A stretch of 64,000 nucleotides of DNA from a virus (IMGVR_UViG_3300021431_000076:96001-160000); one strand, 5' to 3'. Numbered from the stretch's first letter, positions 1-9,211 are shown. The notes: generated by a model not told the origin, from the sequence alone. Translations and numbers: made by a program.

Positions 1-182
1 TATGTATAAGATGGTTCATAAATTGTCTCATGAAACTTCTGTCCTGTATTGTTATCTTTATAAATCAAAGTTACATAGTCTTTGTCTCTCTTTCCAGTTT
101 TCTCATTCTTCTTAGGAAACGTATAGAATGCATTCATAATAGTGAGATTGTCTCCTGGCTGTCGTCCTCGTAACGCTAACAT
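1..182 (-). CDS. N-terminus of a gene truncated by the window edge (MLALRGRQPGDNLTIMNAFY...), possibly a jumbo-phage family B DNA polymerase/exonuclease subunit
   Basis: Not in ORF track. ATG at 182 follows SD AAGGGGG and a late-type motif at 207-219; frame is open to base 1. Product call rests only on recalled N-terminal resemblance, with no catalytic motif visible. Confidence 0.4.
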   Translation of the reverse strand, partial: MLALRGRQPGDNLTIMNAFYTFPKKNEKTGKRDKDYVTLIYKDNNTGQKFHETIYEPSYT

Positions 183-292
183 TAAATTTTCCCCCTTATA
201 TTTTTCTCATCTTAAAGTCAACCTCTCCCTCAAAAGAAAAAATAGATTGATTTTATTGATGATTGTAAAATGTGATCTAGGTTTACACCTAG

Positions 293-691
293 TCACATTA
301 AACTACTTACAAATGATCTTAATACTTCTGGACCTCCAACTAAATGAACAATAAAATTTATCCATGAGAAGTAACAGCATATTACTCCTACTAATAAACA
401 CAATATATCAATCACAGTTCTGGTAAGATTGCCTCTTATTATTTCTTTAGCTTTATTTTTATCTCCTTTAGCTGGAGCAAGTTTCCATTTAGCTAATACT
501 TCTTGAAAATATAAACAATATGTACAAATACCAGCATTAATTGCTGGAGACAGCATTTCCCTATTGAATAATATAACATATACAGCTACTAATGGAAATA
601 CTGCTAAAGATATCTTGGTAAGATAATAATAATTCAGATACACCCCTATTCCTACAGTTTTAAATATCATTGCTTTCGTATGTTTATTCAT
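293..691 (-). CDS. Hypothetical membrane protein (132 aa)
   Basis: SD AAAGGAGG, early motif at 715-722, several hydrophobic segments. Confidence 0.7.
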   Translation of the reverse strand: MNKHTKAMIFKTVGIGVYLNYYYLTKISLAVFPLVAVYVILFNREMLSPAINAGICTYCLYFQEVLAKWKLAPAKGDKNKAKEIIRGNLTRTVIDILCLLVGVICCYFSWINFIVHLVGGPEVLRSFVSSLM

Positions 692-739
692 ACTAAAACC
701 TCCTTTACATATTAATAGTATATGCCTGTTTTCAAAGTT

Positions 740-763
740 AAAAAAAAGAGACCCGAAGGTCTC
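740..763 (-). terminator. Intrinsic terminator GAGACC-UUCG-GGUCUC plus U8
   Basis: Perfect 6-bp stem, cUUCGg tetraloop and U-tract; identical hairpin at 3946-3961. Confidence 0.85.
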
Positions 764-770
764 ATTGGTA

Positions 771-812
771 TTACCGACGGCGTACTACAGAGCCGCGATC
801 AAATCGTGCCAT
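771..812 (-). CDS. 13-aa micro-peptide MARFDRGSVVRRR in its own transcription unit
   Basis: Early motif at 856-863, SD AAGGAGGTG 7 nt before ATG, stop followed closely by a UUCG terminator. Confidence 0.6.
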   Translation of the reverse strand: MARFDRGSVVRRR

Positions 813-855
813 AATATTTCACCTCCTTAAATACATTCATGTTATTATCACGACT

Positions 856-863
856 ATAATATA
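856..863 (-). promoter_or_regulatory. Early-type phage promoter TATATTAT
   Basis: One of about 18 intergenic TATA(T/C)TAT copies, all on the minus strand; matches the AR9 early consensus. Confidence 0.7.
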
Positions 864-883
864 TAATTGAAATATACTAGTTT

Positions 884-896
884 TACAAATAGATAA
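884..896 (+). promoter_or_regulatory. Late-type promoter TACA-N6-TAA
   Basis: Member of the recurrent NAC(A/T)-N6-TRR motif, upstream of ORF 920. Confidence 0.55.
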
Positions 897-919
897 TCAC
901 ATAAGGAGGTAAATTAACT

Positions 920-1930
920 ATGAAGCAGGTTATTGAAATTGTAGATGACGATAATGAGCAGAAAGCAGAATATGGGCTTTCTGCATCATCTTTAGTACAA
1001 GAGGGAAATGATGATGTAATTGATACACCAGTACAAGTTCCTAAAAAAAGAGGTCCAGGCAGACCACCAAAAAACAAAGAAGCTACTTCTAATACATATA
1101 CTGATATTGTGGTATCTGATAAGAAGAAAAATACCCCAAATAGTTTAGTAAAGGAATATGAGAAAGGATACTATGACAATGCTAAACTTCTATATGGTGC
1201 TATAGCTCAGACTGAACAAGTATATGCTAATATAGAAGAAGAGCTAGATAAATATCGTAATAATAGAGCATATGGTGGTAAGAATCGTGCCATGAATATA
1301 TCACAATTCATGAGCACACAAGTAGGAGTTATCTCTACTAAGATTAATGCAGTAAGAGAACTCAACTCTGTCAGAAATAAGATTAATGATCTTGTAATGA
1401 AGAAAGAACAGATGTTGAAAGATACTGGAGAAGATAATGCAGATAAGAATATTATGGATGCTTATTATGCATTAGTAAATGCTCCAAGATATGGATTACC
1501 AGCATTTAATCAACAGCTTTCTCCTACTACTATTAATACTGGTACTATGATATCTGGTAATCAATTACCTTCCTCAGGTATAGTAACAGCAGGTACTACT
1601 AATAGTATTAAAGCTGCTAGTAGCAATAATCCAATAGATAAGCAGTTTGAGGATTATCAGAACAATCTAAACCCAATACAAAAAAGAATGATTGCTCAGA
1701 ATGATCCTAATGTAAAGACTGTAGTATGTTATGATGCATCTACTGGTAACAAATGGTTTGATGTAGTAAATGTACAGACTGGTATGTCTATTCCTGGTAT
1801 TCAAAGACCAGCAGAATTCTTATTAGATGATATGAGAGTTGATACCAGAAATGCTATTGCAGTAAATTCTAATACTAATATGACTTTCCCATTAGTTATT
1901 CTAGGTACTAGAGCAGCAGATGAATTATAA
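920..1930 (+). CDS. Hypothetical protein with AT-hook-like motif and coiled coil
   Basis: SD AAGGAGGT; KKRGPGRPPK motif; helical central region. Confidence 0.75.
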   Translation: MKQVIEIVDDDNEQKAEYGLSASSLVQEGNDDVIDTPVQVPKKRGPGRPPKNKEATSNTYTDIVVSDKKKNTPNSLVKEYEKGYYDNAKLLYGAIAQTEQVYANIEEELDKYRNNRAYGGKNRAMNISQFMSTQVGVISTKINAVRELNSVRNKINDLVMKKEQMLKDTGEDNADKNIMDAYYALVNAPRYGLPAFNQQLSPTTINTGTMISGNQLPSSGIVTAGTTNSIKAASSNNPIDKQFEDYQNNLNPIQKRMIAQNDPNVKTVVCYDASTGNKWFDVVNVQTGMSIPGIQRPAEFLLDDMRVDTRNAIAVNSNTNMTFPLVILGTRAADEL

Positions 1931-1936
1931 AAAATA

Positions 1937-1965
1937 ATCCCAAGAGCTATATTAGCTCTTGGGAT
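1937..1965. terminator. Bidirectional terminator
   Basis: 13-bp perfect inverted repeat ATCCCAAGAGCTA/TAGCTCTTGGGAT between convergent genes. Confidence 0.8.
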
Positions 1966-1975
1966 ATTTAATGCA

Positions 1976-2131
1976 TCAATAAATAGCAACCAACGCTAAA
2001 ATTGCAATTACACCTCCTATAATGATTTTTACTGTCATAGAATCATCAATATTGACGATATCCACATAATTCTTTCTTGCTTGTAGAGCATAAAGATCTA
2101 CAGCCTTAGTCTTTTGTAATTTGATTTTCAT
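1976..2131 (-). CDS. Small early protein (51 aa) with C-terminal transmembrane helix
   Basis: Below ORF-track cutoff. MKIKLQKTKAVD...IIIGGVIAILALVAIY; SD AGGAGGAGG; early motif at 2158-2165. Confidence 0.7.
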   Translation of the reverse strand: MKIKLQKTKAVDLYALQARKNYVDIVNIDDSMTVKIIIGGVIAILALVAIY

Positions 2132-2178
2132 TTTTCATCCTCCTCCTATTCATAACTATAATATATAACTGAAAACTT

Positions 2179-3894
2179 TTATGTTCTCTTATTCCAAGTG
2201 TTCTCATCATTTTTAACTTTAGTCCACATATCATATGCAGTAATAATAGACTCATTGTTATGAGGTTCTGTATCAGTAACAACATTGTATGTTTTCCAAA
2301 GTTTATTCAAACCAGGTTTCCATTTATCTTCTACAGGATCAGGAACAGTTATTTCTGTATAAATATATTTGCTGTAGTTAGTTTTGTATGGAAGAACTTC
2401 TATAACTGTATCAATATCATATTCCCACTCAAGTCTAAGCAAATGGTTATAGTAGTAATAATAAGTCATTATATCTCTATCGTCTGGAATATTATCGTAT
2501 AATACTCCATTTTCTCCAGTATTTACTATAATATGAGCAGGATCTGTAGCAGAAGAGTCAGTAACAAATGCATCTGTTAATGGTTTGATAAATAACCAAT
2601 ATAAAGCTTGATGACCACTAAAATCATTATTAACCATACTAACGCTCATGAATAAATCCCCAAGAGTATAAATATCTATCTTATTATGAGCTAGATCAAA
2701 TACCATTCCCCATTCATCTGGCTGTATAGGAGTAATTGGACTCAATACAGTCCCAGCATTATATTCAAAATGTACATTATATATATTTGAATGTTTCTTA
2801 TAAGGTTCATGCCTTTTATGTGCCATATCTATCCAAAATACTTTTTGATTGGCTACAGAATTAATAGCACTTGTTATTCCTATTCTTACAGGTATTCCAT
2901 TATAAGCCATATGACCTTGAGCATTTACTTTCATTAATGCATTTTTAACTATAAATTCTAGATATATCTTTTGGTCTGTTGGAATAGGCCAAGCAAGAGT
3001 AGATATATCATTTGAATCTGGAGACCTTAAAATCATTCCTAATGGATTGCTGGCATAACTCATATTACTAGGACTAGAATGAATAAGATAAGGATTTCTA
3101 TGTGTTTGTGTTGGCCAATTAATAGGTGCTAAATCATTTTGAACTGTAAATCCAATATCAAATTCTCTTCTTACTGGAGGATTAGTATATGTATTTCCAG
3201 CTTGAAGAGAAATAGTCATATCAGTTATGGCTTCTTTTTTATAGTAATATAATTGGTACATAGTCCAATATCCTGCTGGAGTATATTTACATTTATACCT
3301 TCCAAAGTTTACTGAACCAGACAATAAGCCATCTTCTTGATATGTTATACAAAAATAAAAATTATCTGGTTGAGAATTTATATTAAAGGTAGTAGGCTTG
3401 AAGGAATACATTTTATCTCCTTCAACATAAATGGATATAGTATTAGCCACCGTATCCACACCAATACCAATAACATGATCTACACTAGGAATTCTAGACC
3501 CTAATCTTTGAGTATTTTTAGTTACATTAACTACAGCATTATATTGATATCGTTCTACATATTGAATACTAGTAGGATGTAACCAATCCTTAGGATCAGA
3601 ATAATAATATGGATTACAGTAAAAAATAGATCCTAAACACATATCTGCTACTAGTATACCACCAACAGATGGTTCTTTATGGATTCCTATATACAAAGGA
3701 AGGTGTCTAATCTTAGCATTAGAAGGGTGTTGTTTAATAGTAAATTCCATGTAAGCCTTAGAATACTTAGGAATAGGCTTACTGGATAGAATAGTAAATT
3801 TCTTTTTACAAGTGAACTTCTCTCCACTAACAATGGAATTAGATTGTACTGAATCTCCATCATAAGCAACAGGAAGAATTCTATTCGCACTCAA
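2179..3894 (-). CDS. Tandem SPRY/ConA-like domain protein, probably structural
   Basis: Two repeats with SPRY-like motifs (KAYMEF...VIGIGVD...VNFG and KIYLEF...WGMVFDL...VNTG); late motif at 3919-3931; TTG start. Confidence 0.6.
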   Translation of the reverse strand: MSANRILPVAYDGDSVQSNSIVSGEKFTCKKKFTILSSKPIPKYSKAYMEFTIKQHPSNAKIRHLPLYIGIHKEPSVGGILVADMCLGSIFYCNPYYYSDPKDWLHPTSIQYVERYQYNAVVNVTKNTQRLGSRIPSVDHVIGIGVDTVANTISIYVEGDKMYSFKPTTFNINSQPDNFYFCITYQEDGLLSGSVNFGRYKCKYTPAGYWTMYQLYYYKKEAITDMTISLQAGNTYTNPPVRREFDIGFTVQNDLAPINWPTQTHRNPYLIHSSPSNMSYASNPLGMILRSPDSNDISTLAWPIPTDQKIYLEFIVKNALMKVNAQGHMAYNGIPVRIGITSAINSVANQKVFWIDMAHKRHEPYKKHSNIYNVHFEYNAGTVLSPITPIQPDEWGMVFDLAHNKIDIYTLGDLFMSVSMVNNDFSGHQALYWLFIKPLTDAFVTDSSATDPAHIIVNTGENGVLYDNIPDDRDIMTYYYYYNHLLRLEWEYDIDTVIEVLPYKTNYSKYIYTEITVPDPVEDKWKPGLNKLWKTYNVVTDTEPHNNESIITAYDMWTKVKNDENTWNKRT

Positions 3895-3939
3895 GTTATA
3901 TTCCTCCTTATAGTCATATTAACCAAATGTCGTGGAGAC

Positions 3940-3961
3940 AAAAAAGAGACCCGAAGGTCTC
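3940..3961 (-). terminator. Intrinsic terminator, same UUCG hairpin as 748-763
   Basis: GAGACC-UUCG-GGUCUC plus U6. Confidence 0.85.
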
Positions 3962-3968
3962 AAAGGAA

Positions 3969-4367
3969 TTATTTGATAGCTTGATTCAACCAAGCTTCAT
4001 ATTTTTCCTCATTATAATCAATAGTCTTTCCATCAATCTGGATTGGTATATCTTGCCCTGTTGCTACCTTGTATGCATCATTTATGAATGTAGCATTTAT
4101 AGCTGCGAATTTTGCTAAATCTGTTACCATTAATGGTACAATGAGTAAACTTGAAATTCCAGCTTTTAATGAGATTACATACAAGAGTAAAGTTTTTTTC
4201 AGATTAAACCTTAAAAGTGGAATAAAGATTAATCCCAAAGGAAACATGATAAGACCTTTGACCATATCTGTCAATATAGCAAAACGACGTTTATTTAAAA
4301 CGTCTTGTTCAGCTTTGATCATTCCATTTTTGATAGCATTGGCATACAGTTCATGACGAATATCCAT
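3969..4367 (-). CDS. Early membrane protein (132 aa, start corrected to MDIRHELY)
   Basis: SD AAAGGAGG before ATG 4367; two hydrophobic segments; own promoter at 4440-4447. Confidence 0.75.
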   Translation of the reverse strand: MDIRHELYANAIKNGMIKAEQDVLNKRRFAILTDMVKGLIMFPLGLIFIPLLRFNLKKTLLLYVISLKAGISSLLIVPLMVTDLAKFAAINATFINDAYKVATGQDIPIQIDGKTIDYNEEKYEAWLNQAIK

Positions 4368-4435
4368 GATAAACATCCTCCTTTTCAATATATACGTCTG
4401 CATCCAATCTCTGATACAGATCTTATGTTTATCAT
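4365..4435 (-). promoter_or_regulatory. Structured 5' leader, copy A
   Basis: The 5' end AUGAUAAACAU pairs over 11 bp with AUGUUUAUCAU, which overlaps the start codon; internal hairpin UCUGUAUC-AGAGAUUG-GAUGCAGA. Confidence 0.7.
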
Positions 4436-4467
4436 AGTTATAATATATAAACAATAAAAAATACTTT

Positions 4468-4499
4468 AACACCACTAGGGATTTCTCCCTAGTGGTGTT
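4468..4499 (-). terminator. Terminator with GAAA tetraloop
   Basis: 14-bp perfect stem; the GGGA-GAAA-TCCC core recurs near 53755 and 55292. Confidence 0.8.
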
Positions 4500-4502
4500 T
4501 GT

Positions 4503-5150
4503 TTATTTTCTCATCATGGCTAATATATCATCAATTCCATTTAATTTCATAAATCTATGCTTAGTATTACCATAGCTATTTTCACATAATACTTGGCAAT
4601 CTTTGATACGATCAGAATCAAATGTAAAATATACTAAATAGAAATGTGATTTATCTATATAAAGTTTATGGTAAGTAGTACAATTACCGTATGGGTCAAA
4701 ACTACTATTACTTGCAGCTTTTTTATGTAAAGAATCTTGTCCTCTTGTTTTGGTTTCATATTCTACATCATAAGAATAAGTAGAACTAGAAGAGGCATAA
4801 TTAGTATTAGAATTATTCTTACCATAACCAGGATTGTTATATGTGTTACTAACTGTCTGTTTATGTTTATTAACAGTCTCAGAATTAAATAAAGAATCAA
4901 GTTTATAATTATCTAAAACAACAGCTTCTTTAGTTCTAGAACGAATAACCTGAATAAGTCTTTTTCTAGCAGTTTCATTTAAAGTATAAAACTTTCTGAA
5001 ATACTGCAACTTCTTCTGATACTTATCTCCTTCAGTAAATGCTGCTTTAATCTGAGCCCATGTTGTAGACCAATTTTCATTTAAAGGTCTTCCTGTATCT
5101 ACTACAGCTTCTGTTAAAGTATATTGTCCATCAATTAATAAATAGCCCAA
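4503..5150 (-). CDS. Hypothetical late protein, possibly an internal head protein
   Basis: TTG start with SD AGAAAGGA; N-terminal LTEA/LNE motifs. Confidence 0.6.
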   Translation of the reverse strand: MGYLLIDGQYTLTEAVVDTGRPLNENWSTTWAQIKAAFTEGDKYQKKLQYFRKFYTLNETARKRLIQVIRSRTKEAVVLDNYKLDSLFNSETVNKHKQTVSNTYNNPGYGKNNSNTNYASSSSTYSYDVEYETKTRGQDSLHKKAASNSSFDPYGNCTTYHKLYIDKSHFYLVYFTFDSDRIKDCQVLCENSYGNTKHRFMKLNGIDDILAMMRK

Positions 5151-5174
5151 CTTTTTCTCATCCTTTCTAATTAA

Positions 5175-5588
5175 TTATCTATTTTCTTTTACCATTTTAG
5201 TAATATGAGAATTTATATAATAAAAAGCAGATTTTGTTTCATATATTTTAGAATTTGAATTTAGATTCTTATTTCCTTCTACAAGATATATAGTAACATC
5301 TACTTTATTTAAATAATCATACAGATCCTTAGAGATTTGTATTGGAGATGATTGCCAAGTGTAAAAATGGCATCCTTGTGGAACGTTATCATGTTTCTTA
5401 CTAAATAAATTAGACCAGAATTTATCATACCAATCTTGTATAGCTCCACGAATTGTCAAAGATTTAGTAGATTGAATCTTTTTGTTAATCAAGAAACCAT
5501 TTTTCTTCTGCTCTTCTGAAACTGCAACGTATCTAGATCCGCTGGTAAGATTTCCTAAAAATCCTTCATTCATGAATAAATATGCCAA
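5175..5588 (-). CDS. Hypothetical late protein
   Basis: TTG start 2 nt after the upstream stop; N-terminal MNEG motif. Confidence 0.6.
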   Translation of the reverse strand: MAYLFMNEGFLGNLTSGSRYVAVSEEQKKNGFLINKKIQSTKSLTIRGAIQDWYDKFWSNLFSKKHDNVPQGCHFYTWQSSPIQISKDLYDYLNKVDVTIYLVEGNKNLNSNSKIYETKSAFYYINSHITKMVKENR

Positions 5589-5590
5589 AA

Positions 5591-6376
5591 TTACACCTTC
5601 TTCTGTTCTTCTTTAATCTTATTTAAGAATTGATCTTTATCTTCTAGAGTATATTGTTCCGATACGATTCCTCTATCCATCTCATTTATTTTAGTTGAGA
5701 GTGTTTCTTGCAATTCTTGAATGTTTGGGAACTCATATGCTCCAGAAGGATCTATATAAACAGGGCTTACTTCAAGTATTCTACATTGAGATTTATAGTC
5801 ATAGACTTCAGATACTTTTTCAGCCTTGATAAGTATATTTTTTAAATCTGGATCCATATACATACCATATAGTTCAACAAACCTCTTATACATTCCATAT
5901 ACTCTAGTAGTAGGAATGAATAATTGACCTCTATGAACTATAGCATGTACTGTTTCAGATAATGGAATTAATCCAACCATTAAATTATAATGACACCACA
6001 TCACTTCTTTAGCAACCATCAATTCAGATATTGGTTCTCTATTCAATAATCTCTTAGCATATACTGTAGTTACTATATCATATAATGTTAATGGAGTGTG
6101 GTGAATATGAATCTTGATAGAGTAAGTATCTATATTATTTACGTTCTTGTAAAAGGAACATTTATTCATATCAACATGCTCTCTTAAGAAGTCTATTAAC
6201 TTCTTATAAGAACGAGAATTTCTACATATTCTTTCAATTGACTTGAAATAAGCAGTCAATTCTTTAGGATTAGACAAATCATAATCTTCTATATCAAACT
6301 CAGGGAGAGATTTAATGACAATAGATTCTTTCTTCTCTGGCAATTCTATTTCTGCATATTCTCTCATTATATTCAT
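5591..6376 (-). CDS. Hypothetical protein with HNH-like motif
   Basis: C...IHIHH...NLMVGLIPLSETVHAIVH pattern; SD AGAAAGGAG; late motif at 6406-6418. Confidence 0.55.
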   Translation of the reverse strand: MNIMREYAEIELPEKKESIVIKSLPEFDIEDYDLSNPKELTAYFKSIERICRNSRSYKKLIDFLREHVDMNKCSFYKNVNNIDTYSIKIHIHHTPLTLYDIVTTVYAKRLLNREPISELMVAKEVMWCHYNLMVGLIPLSETVHAIVHRGQLFIPTTRVYGMYKRFVELYGMYMDPDLKNILIKAEKVSEVYDYKSQCRILEVSPVYIDPSGAYEFPNIQELQETLSTKINEMDRGIVSEQYTLEDKDQFLNKIKEEQKKV

Positions 6377-6448
6377 CTCCTTTCTTAGGAGTTACGTTAC
6401 CTTCTTTACTCTATTGTTCCCCCTATCGGTGACAATAGGTATATCAAA

Positions 6449-6461
6449 AACATTCATATAA
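6449..6461 (+). promoter_or_regulatory. Late-type promoter AACA-N6-TAA
   Basis: Exact AR9 late-type consensus; divergent partner at 6406-6418. Confidence 0.7.
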
Positions 6462-6489
6462 TAGAAAAATATATATGGAGGTGGAAACT

Positions 6490-6825
6490 ATGCAAAAGGT
6501 TCTACAATGGTTAGATGAGTTGTTTAAAGGAATGATGTATGAGGATGATATGCTTTCTCTAACAAGGGTATTATCTGTATCTGGCTATGCTGCATTTCTA
6601 ATCGGCTCAATATATCTTATGGTAAATAACATCACATGGGATGGTTACTCTACATTCGCTGGATATACTGGTGGTGGTGGAGCAGCATTACAGTTTGGCA
6701 ATAAACTTGTCAATAGTAAATATAATTCTGCTATTGGTAGTTATGCACCAAAAGAAGATATAGAATCAATGAAAATGAGAGAAATCAAAAGAGAAGAACA
6801 AGGAAGACCAGTAGATAGAAAATAA
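6490..6825 (+). CDS. Small membrane protein, holin-like
   Basis: SD GGAGGTGG favours ATG 6490; one or two hydrophobic helices and a charged C-terminal tail; first gene of the late block. Confidence 0.45.
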   Translation: MQKVLQWLDELFKGMMYEDDMLSLTRVLSVSGYAAFLIGSIYLMVNNITWDGYSTFAGYTGGGGAALQFGNKLVNSKYNSAIGSYAPKEDIESMKMREIKREEQGRPVDRK

Positions 6826-6840
6826 AACTTCATATAGGGG

Positions 6841-7554
6841 ATGAAGTATATGAGTGATTTTACATTAGAAACTTTAGGGGTAACTACATTAGAATTGGTC
6901 TTGATTATAGTTATTTCTTTCATTGCATCTATAATGCATGAATATATGATTAGTATTAAACGATTTCATATAGATGATAAGATAGAAATAATCAATAATA
7001 TTTTAATGACAGTTCTCATAGATACTATAATTTGTATTGCTATTGATCCACTAGTTGCAATGGTTTCTCAAAGATTAATTTTAATTCCACCTCTTATTCT
7101 AGGACTTATAGGACCACAACTATTGTATTACTTCTCTGGTATCAGTAGTACTGCTAAACTTATTAAATACATCTTGTCTACTCTTGGAATTAAGAAATTT
7201 GATAAAGAAGTAGATATAGATGAATTAGAAAAACAAGTAGAAGAAAAGAAAAAGAAAGAACAAGAAGAAGCTGAAAGATTAGAAAAAGAAAGAAAGGATC
7301 AGATAGACTCTGATCTCTTATTAAAGCGTATTGATAAATTAGTATTAGCTTATGTAAATGAAAAGATAGATAAAAGTCAATTCATTATAGAGTATAAATC
7401 TATTGATATAGCTACTTCATCTTTTAAAGAAAGTGTATCTGGAGAAGATGTTCCTATACATACTGCTATGAAGTTAGCAGAGATAATACGAAACAAAGAA
7501 TTCTTAGATAAAACTTTCAACCAGATAATTAGTCAGACATCTAGTCCGACATAA
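6841..7554 (+). CDS. Membrane protein with three TM helices and a coiled coil
   Basis: Three hydrophobic segments followed by an EKKKKEQEEAERLEKE coiled coil. Confidence 0.7.
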   Translation: MKYMSDFTLETLGVTTLELVLIIVISFIASIMHEYMISIKRFHIDDKIEIINNILMTVLIDTIICIAIDPLVAMVSQRLILIPPLILGLIGPQLLYYFSGISSTAKLIKYILSTLGIKKFDKEVDIDELEKQVEEKKKKEQEEAERLEKERKDQIDSDLLLKRIDKLVLAYVNEKIDKSQFIIEYKSIDIATSSFKESVSGEDVPIHTAMKLAEIIRNKEFLDKTFNQIISQTSSPT

Positions 7555-7600
7555 AGTTAAGGTATTCCTAAATAATTTGAATAAATAGGAGGTAAAGACA

Positions 7601-9211
7601 ATGGCTTTTCCTAATGATTTATACGTCGCCAGTACTTATTCTGGTAATTTGTATAAATATGTTGATGATGAACTAGTTGGTTCAGCAACAGTTGGTCTTG
7701 GTAATAATAAACCTCAAGCTGTTTTTGTTGCTCAAGATCAAAGATCTGTATATGTTGCTAATAGAGAAAACAATACTGTTAGCTATATTTATGATGGTAT
7801 TAATGAAGGATATATTTCTGTAGGTAAACAACCATTTTCTATTTGTGAAGATGGTTTTGGTGCAATCTATGTAAGCTGCTATGCTGATTCTACAGTATAT
7901 AAAATTGAAAAGACAGCATCTGATCCAACTACAATTACTGCTATTATCCATGTAGATTCTGGTCCAACTGGTATTTGCTGCGATAGTGATAATACAGTTT
8001 GGGTATCTTGCTCTAATAAAGGTACTGTAAATAAGATTGTTAATAACCAGGTTGTTCTTAAGATTCCTTGTGCTGATGCTACAGTAGATAATACTGTATG
8101 TCGTCCAATGGGTATCTGTTGTGATAGACTTGATAACATTTATGTTGCTTGCTATGGTACAAGTGCTGTTATCAAGATTAGAAAATCTGTAAAGATTCAG
8201 ACTTTAACTTGTGGCTCAACTCCATTTGATGTAATTACAGATTCTAATAACAATGTTTATGTATGTTCTTATCTAGAAGATACAATTTCACGTTTCTCAA
8301 TTGCTGATATTAACCATCCAACTGTTATTCAGCTTCCTGAAGGTACTGGTGCTACAGCTCTTGCTATTAATAAAAATGATGAGCTATATGTTATTGGTTC
8401 TCTTTCTAATCAGATTATTAAGATTAAAAACTCTGAAATTGTAATGACCAAGACTTCACCAACCATTACTCCTGCTGGTTTTGGTGATCCTACTGGTTGC
8501 AAAGCATATAATGTATACAACAGAGGAAATGAATCTGGGTCTACTCTAACTCCAGCAGCATCTGCAATTCAGCTCATGTCTGCTATGAAATTAGTATGCA
8601 AAGTAGATGAAGTTCAAGAAACAACTGCTATGTCTACATTCTTACTGTCAAGCGATATGATTAAGCTGTTAAGTTTTGACCATTTGAAACTTAATGGTGA
8701 AACTTGTGATAAACTTGCTGCAACAAATCAAGTTAAAGCAACCCTTCCAAATGTTCCTCTTATTGATGAACTTAAATTAGTTGGTTACTTTGATTCTGCC
8801 GAAACAGAATATGCTGAATTTACTCCAATATCATATAGTGGTGAAAATCCAACTTTCAAAATGGTAGTCGGCTCTATGTCTGGTGATACAATTACTGGAT
8901 TCTCATTTACTCCAGCATCTGATCCAAATGCTATTGCTAATGTAAATGATCAGATTAATACAATAATTGTAGAAACTCAAGCTGATGGCAATCTTTGTGT
9001 TCTAATTCCAACTCGTGTTGCTAATGAAGTGGAAAAAGGTTTAGTTGTTAATGGTATGCAGATTTATAAAGATTGGGAAGTAACCGATCCTGGTGAGCTT
9101 GCAGGTATTAATGCAGCAATTTCAACTGCTTATCCAAACTATAAACCATTTGTAAATCCATATCCTGCATATGCTGGTACTTCAGTAATCCTAAACCGTT
9201 ACAAACTTTAA
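7601..9211 (+). CDS. Beta-propeller (NHL/YncE-like) protein
   Basis: About seven blades of the form P-x-[GS]-I-x-x-D-x-x-x-x-[IV][YW]V; late motif GACA-N6-TAA at 7548-7560. Confidence 0.8.
   Translation: MAFPNDLYVASTYSGNLYKYVDDELVGSATVGLGNNKPQAVFVAQDQRSVYVANRENNTVSYIYDGINEGYISVGKQPFSICEDGFGAIYVSCYADSTVYKIEKTASDPTTITAIIHVDSGPTGICCDSDNTVWVSCSNKGTVNKIVNNQVVLKIPCADATVDNTVCRPMGICCDRLDNIYVACYGTSAVIKIRKSVKIQTLTCGSTPFDVITDSNNNVYVCSYLEDTISRFSIADINHPTVIQLPEGTGATALAINKNDELYVIGSLSNQIIKIKNSEIVMTKTSPTITPAGFGDPTGCKAYNVYNRGNESGSTLTPAASAIQLMSAMKLVCKVDEVQETTAMSTFLLSSDMIKLLSFDHLKLNGETCDKLAATNQVKATLPNVPLIDELKLVGYFDSAETEYAEFTPISYSGENPTFKMVVGSMSGDTITGFSFTPASDPNAIANVNDQINTIIVETQADGNLCVLIPTRVANEVEKGLVVNGMQIYKDWEVTDPGELAGINAAISTAYPNYKPFVNPYPAYAGTSVILNRYKL

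Noticed and set aside
271-297. Similarity of this hairpin (TAGGTTTACACCTAGTC) to 42006-42022
   Set aside because: Short, gapped match; both sites follow stop codons and are explained as 3' hairpins.
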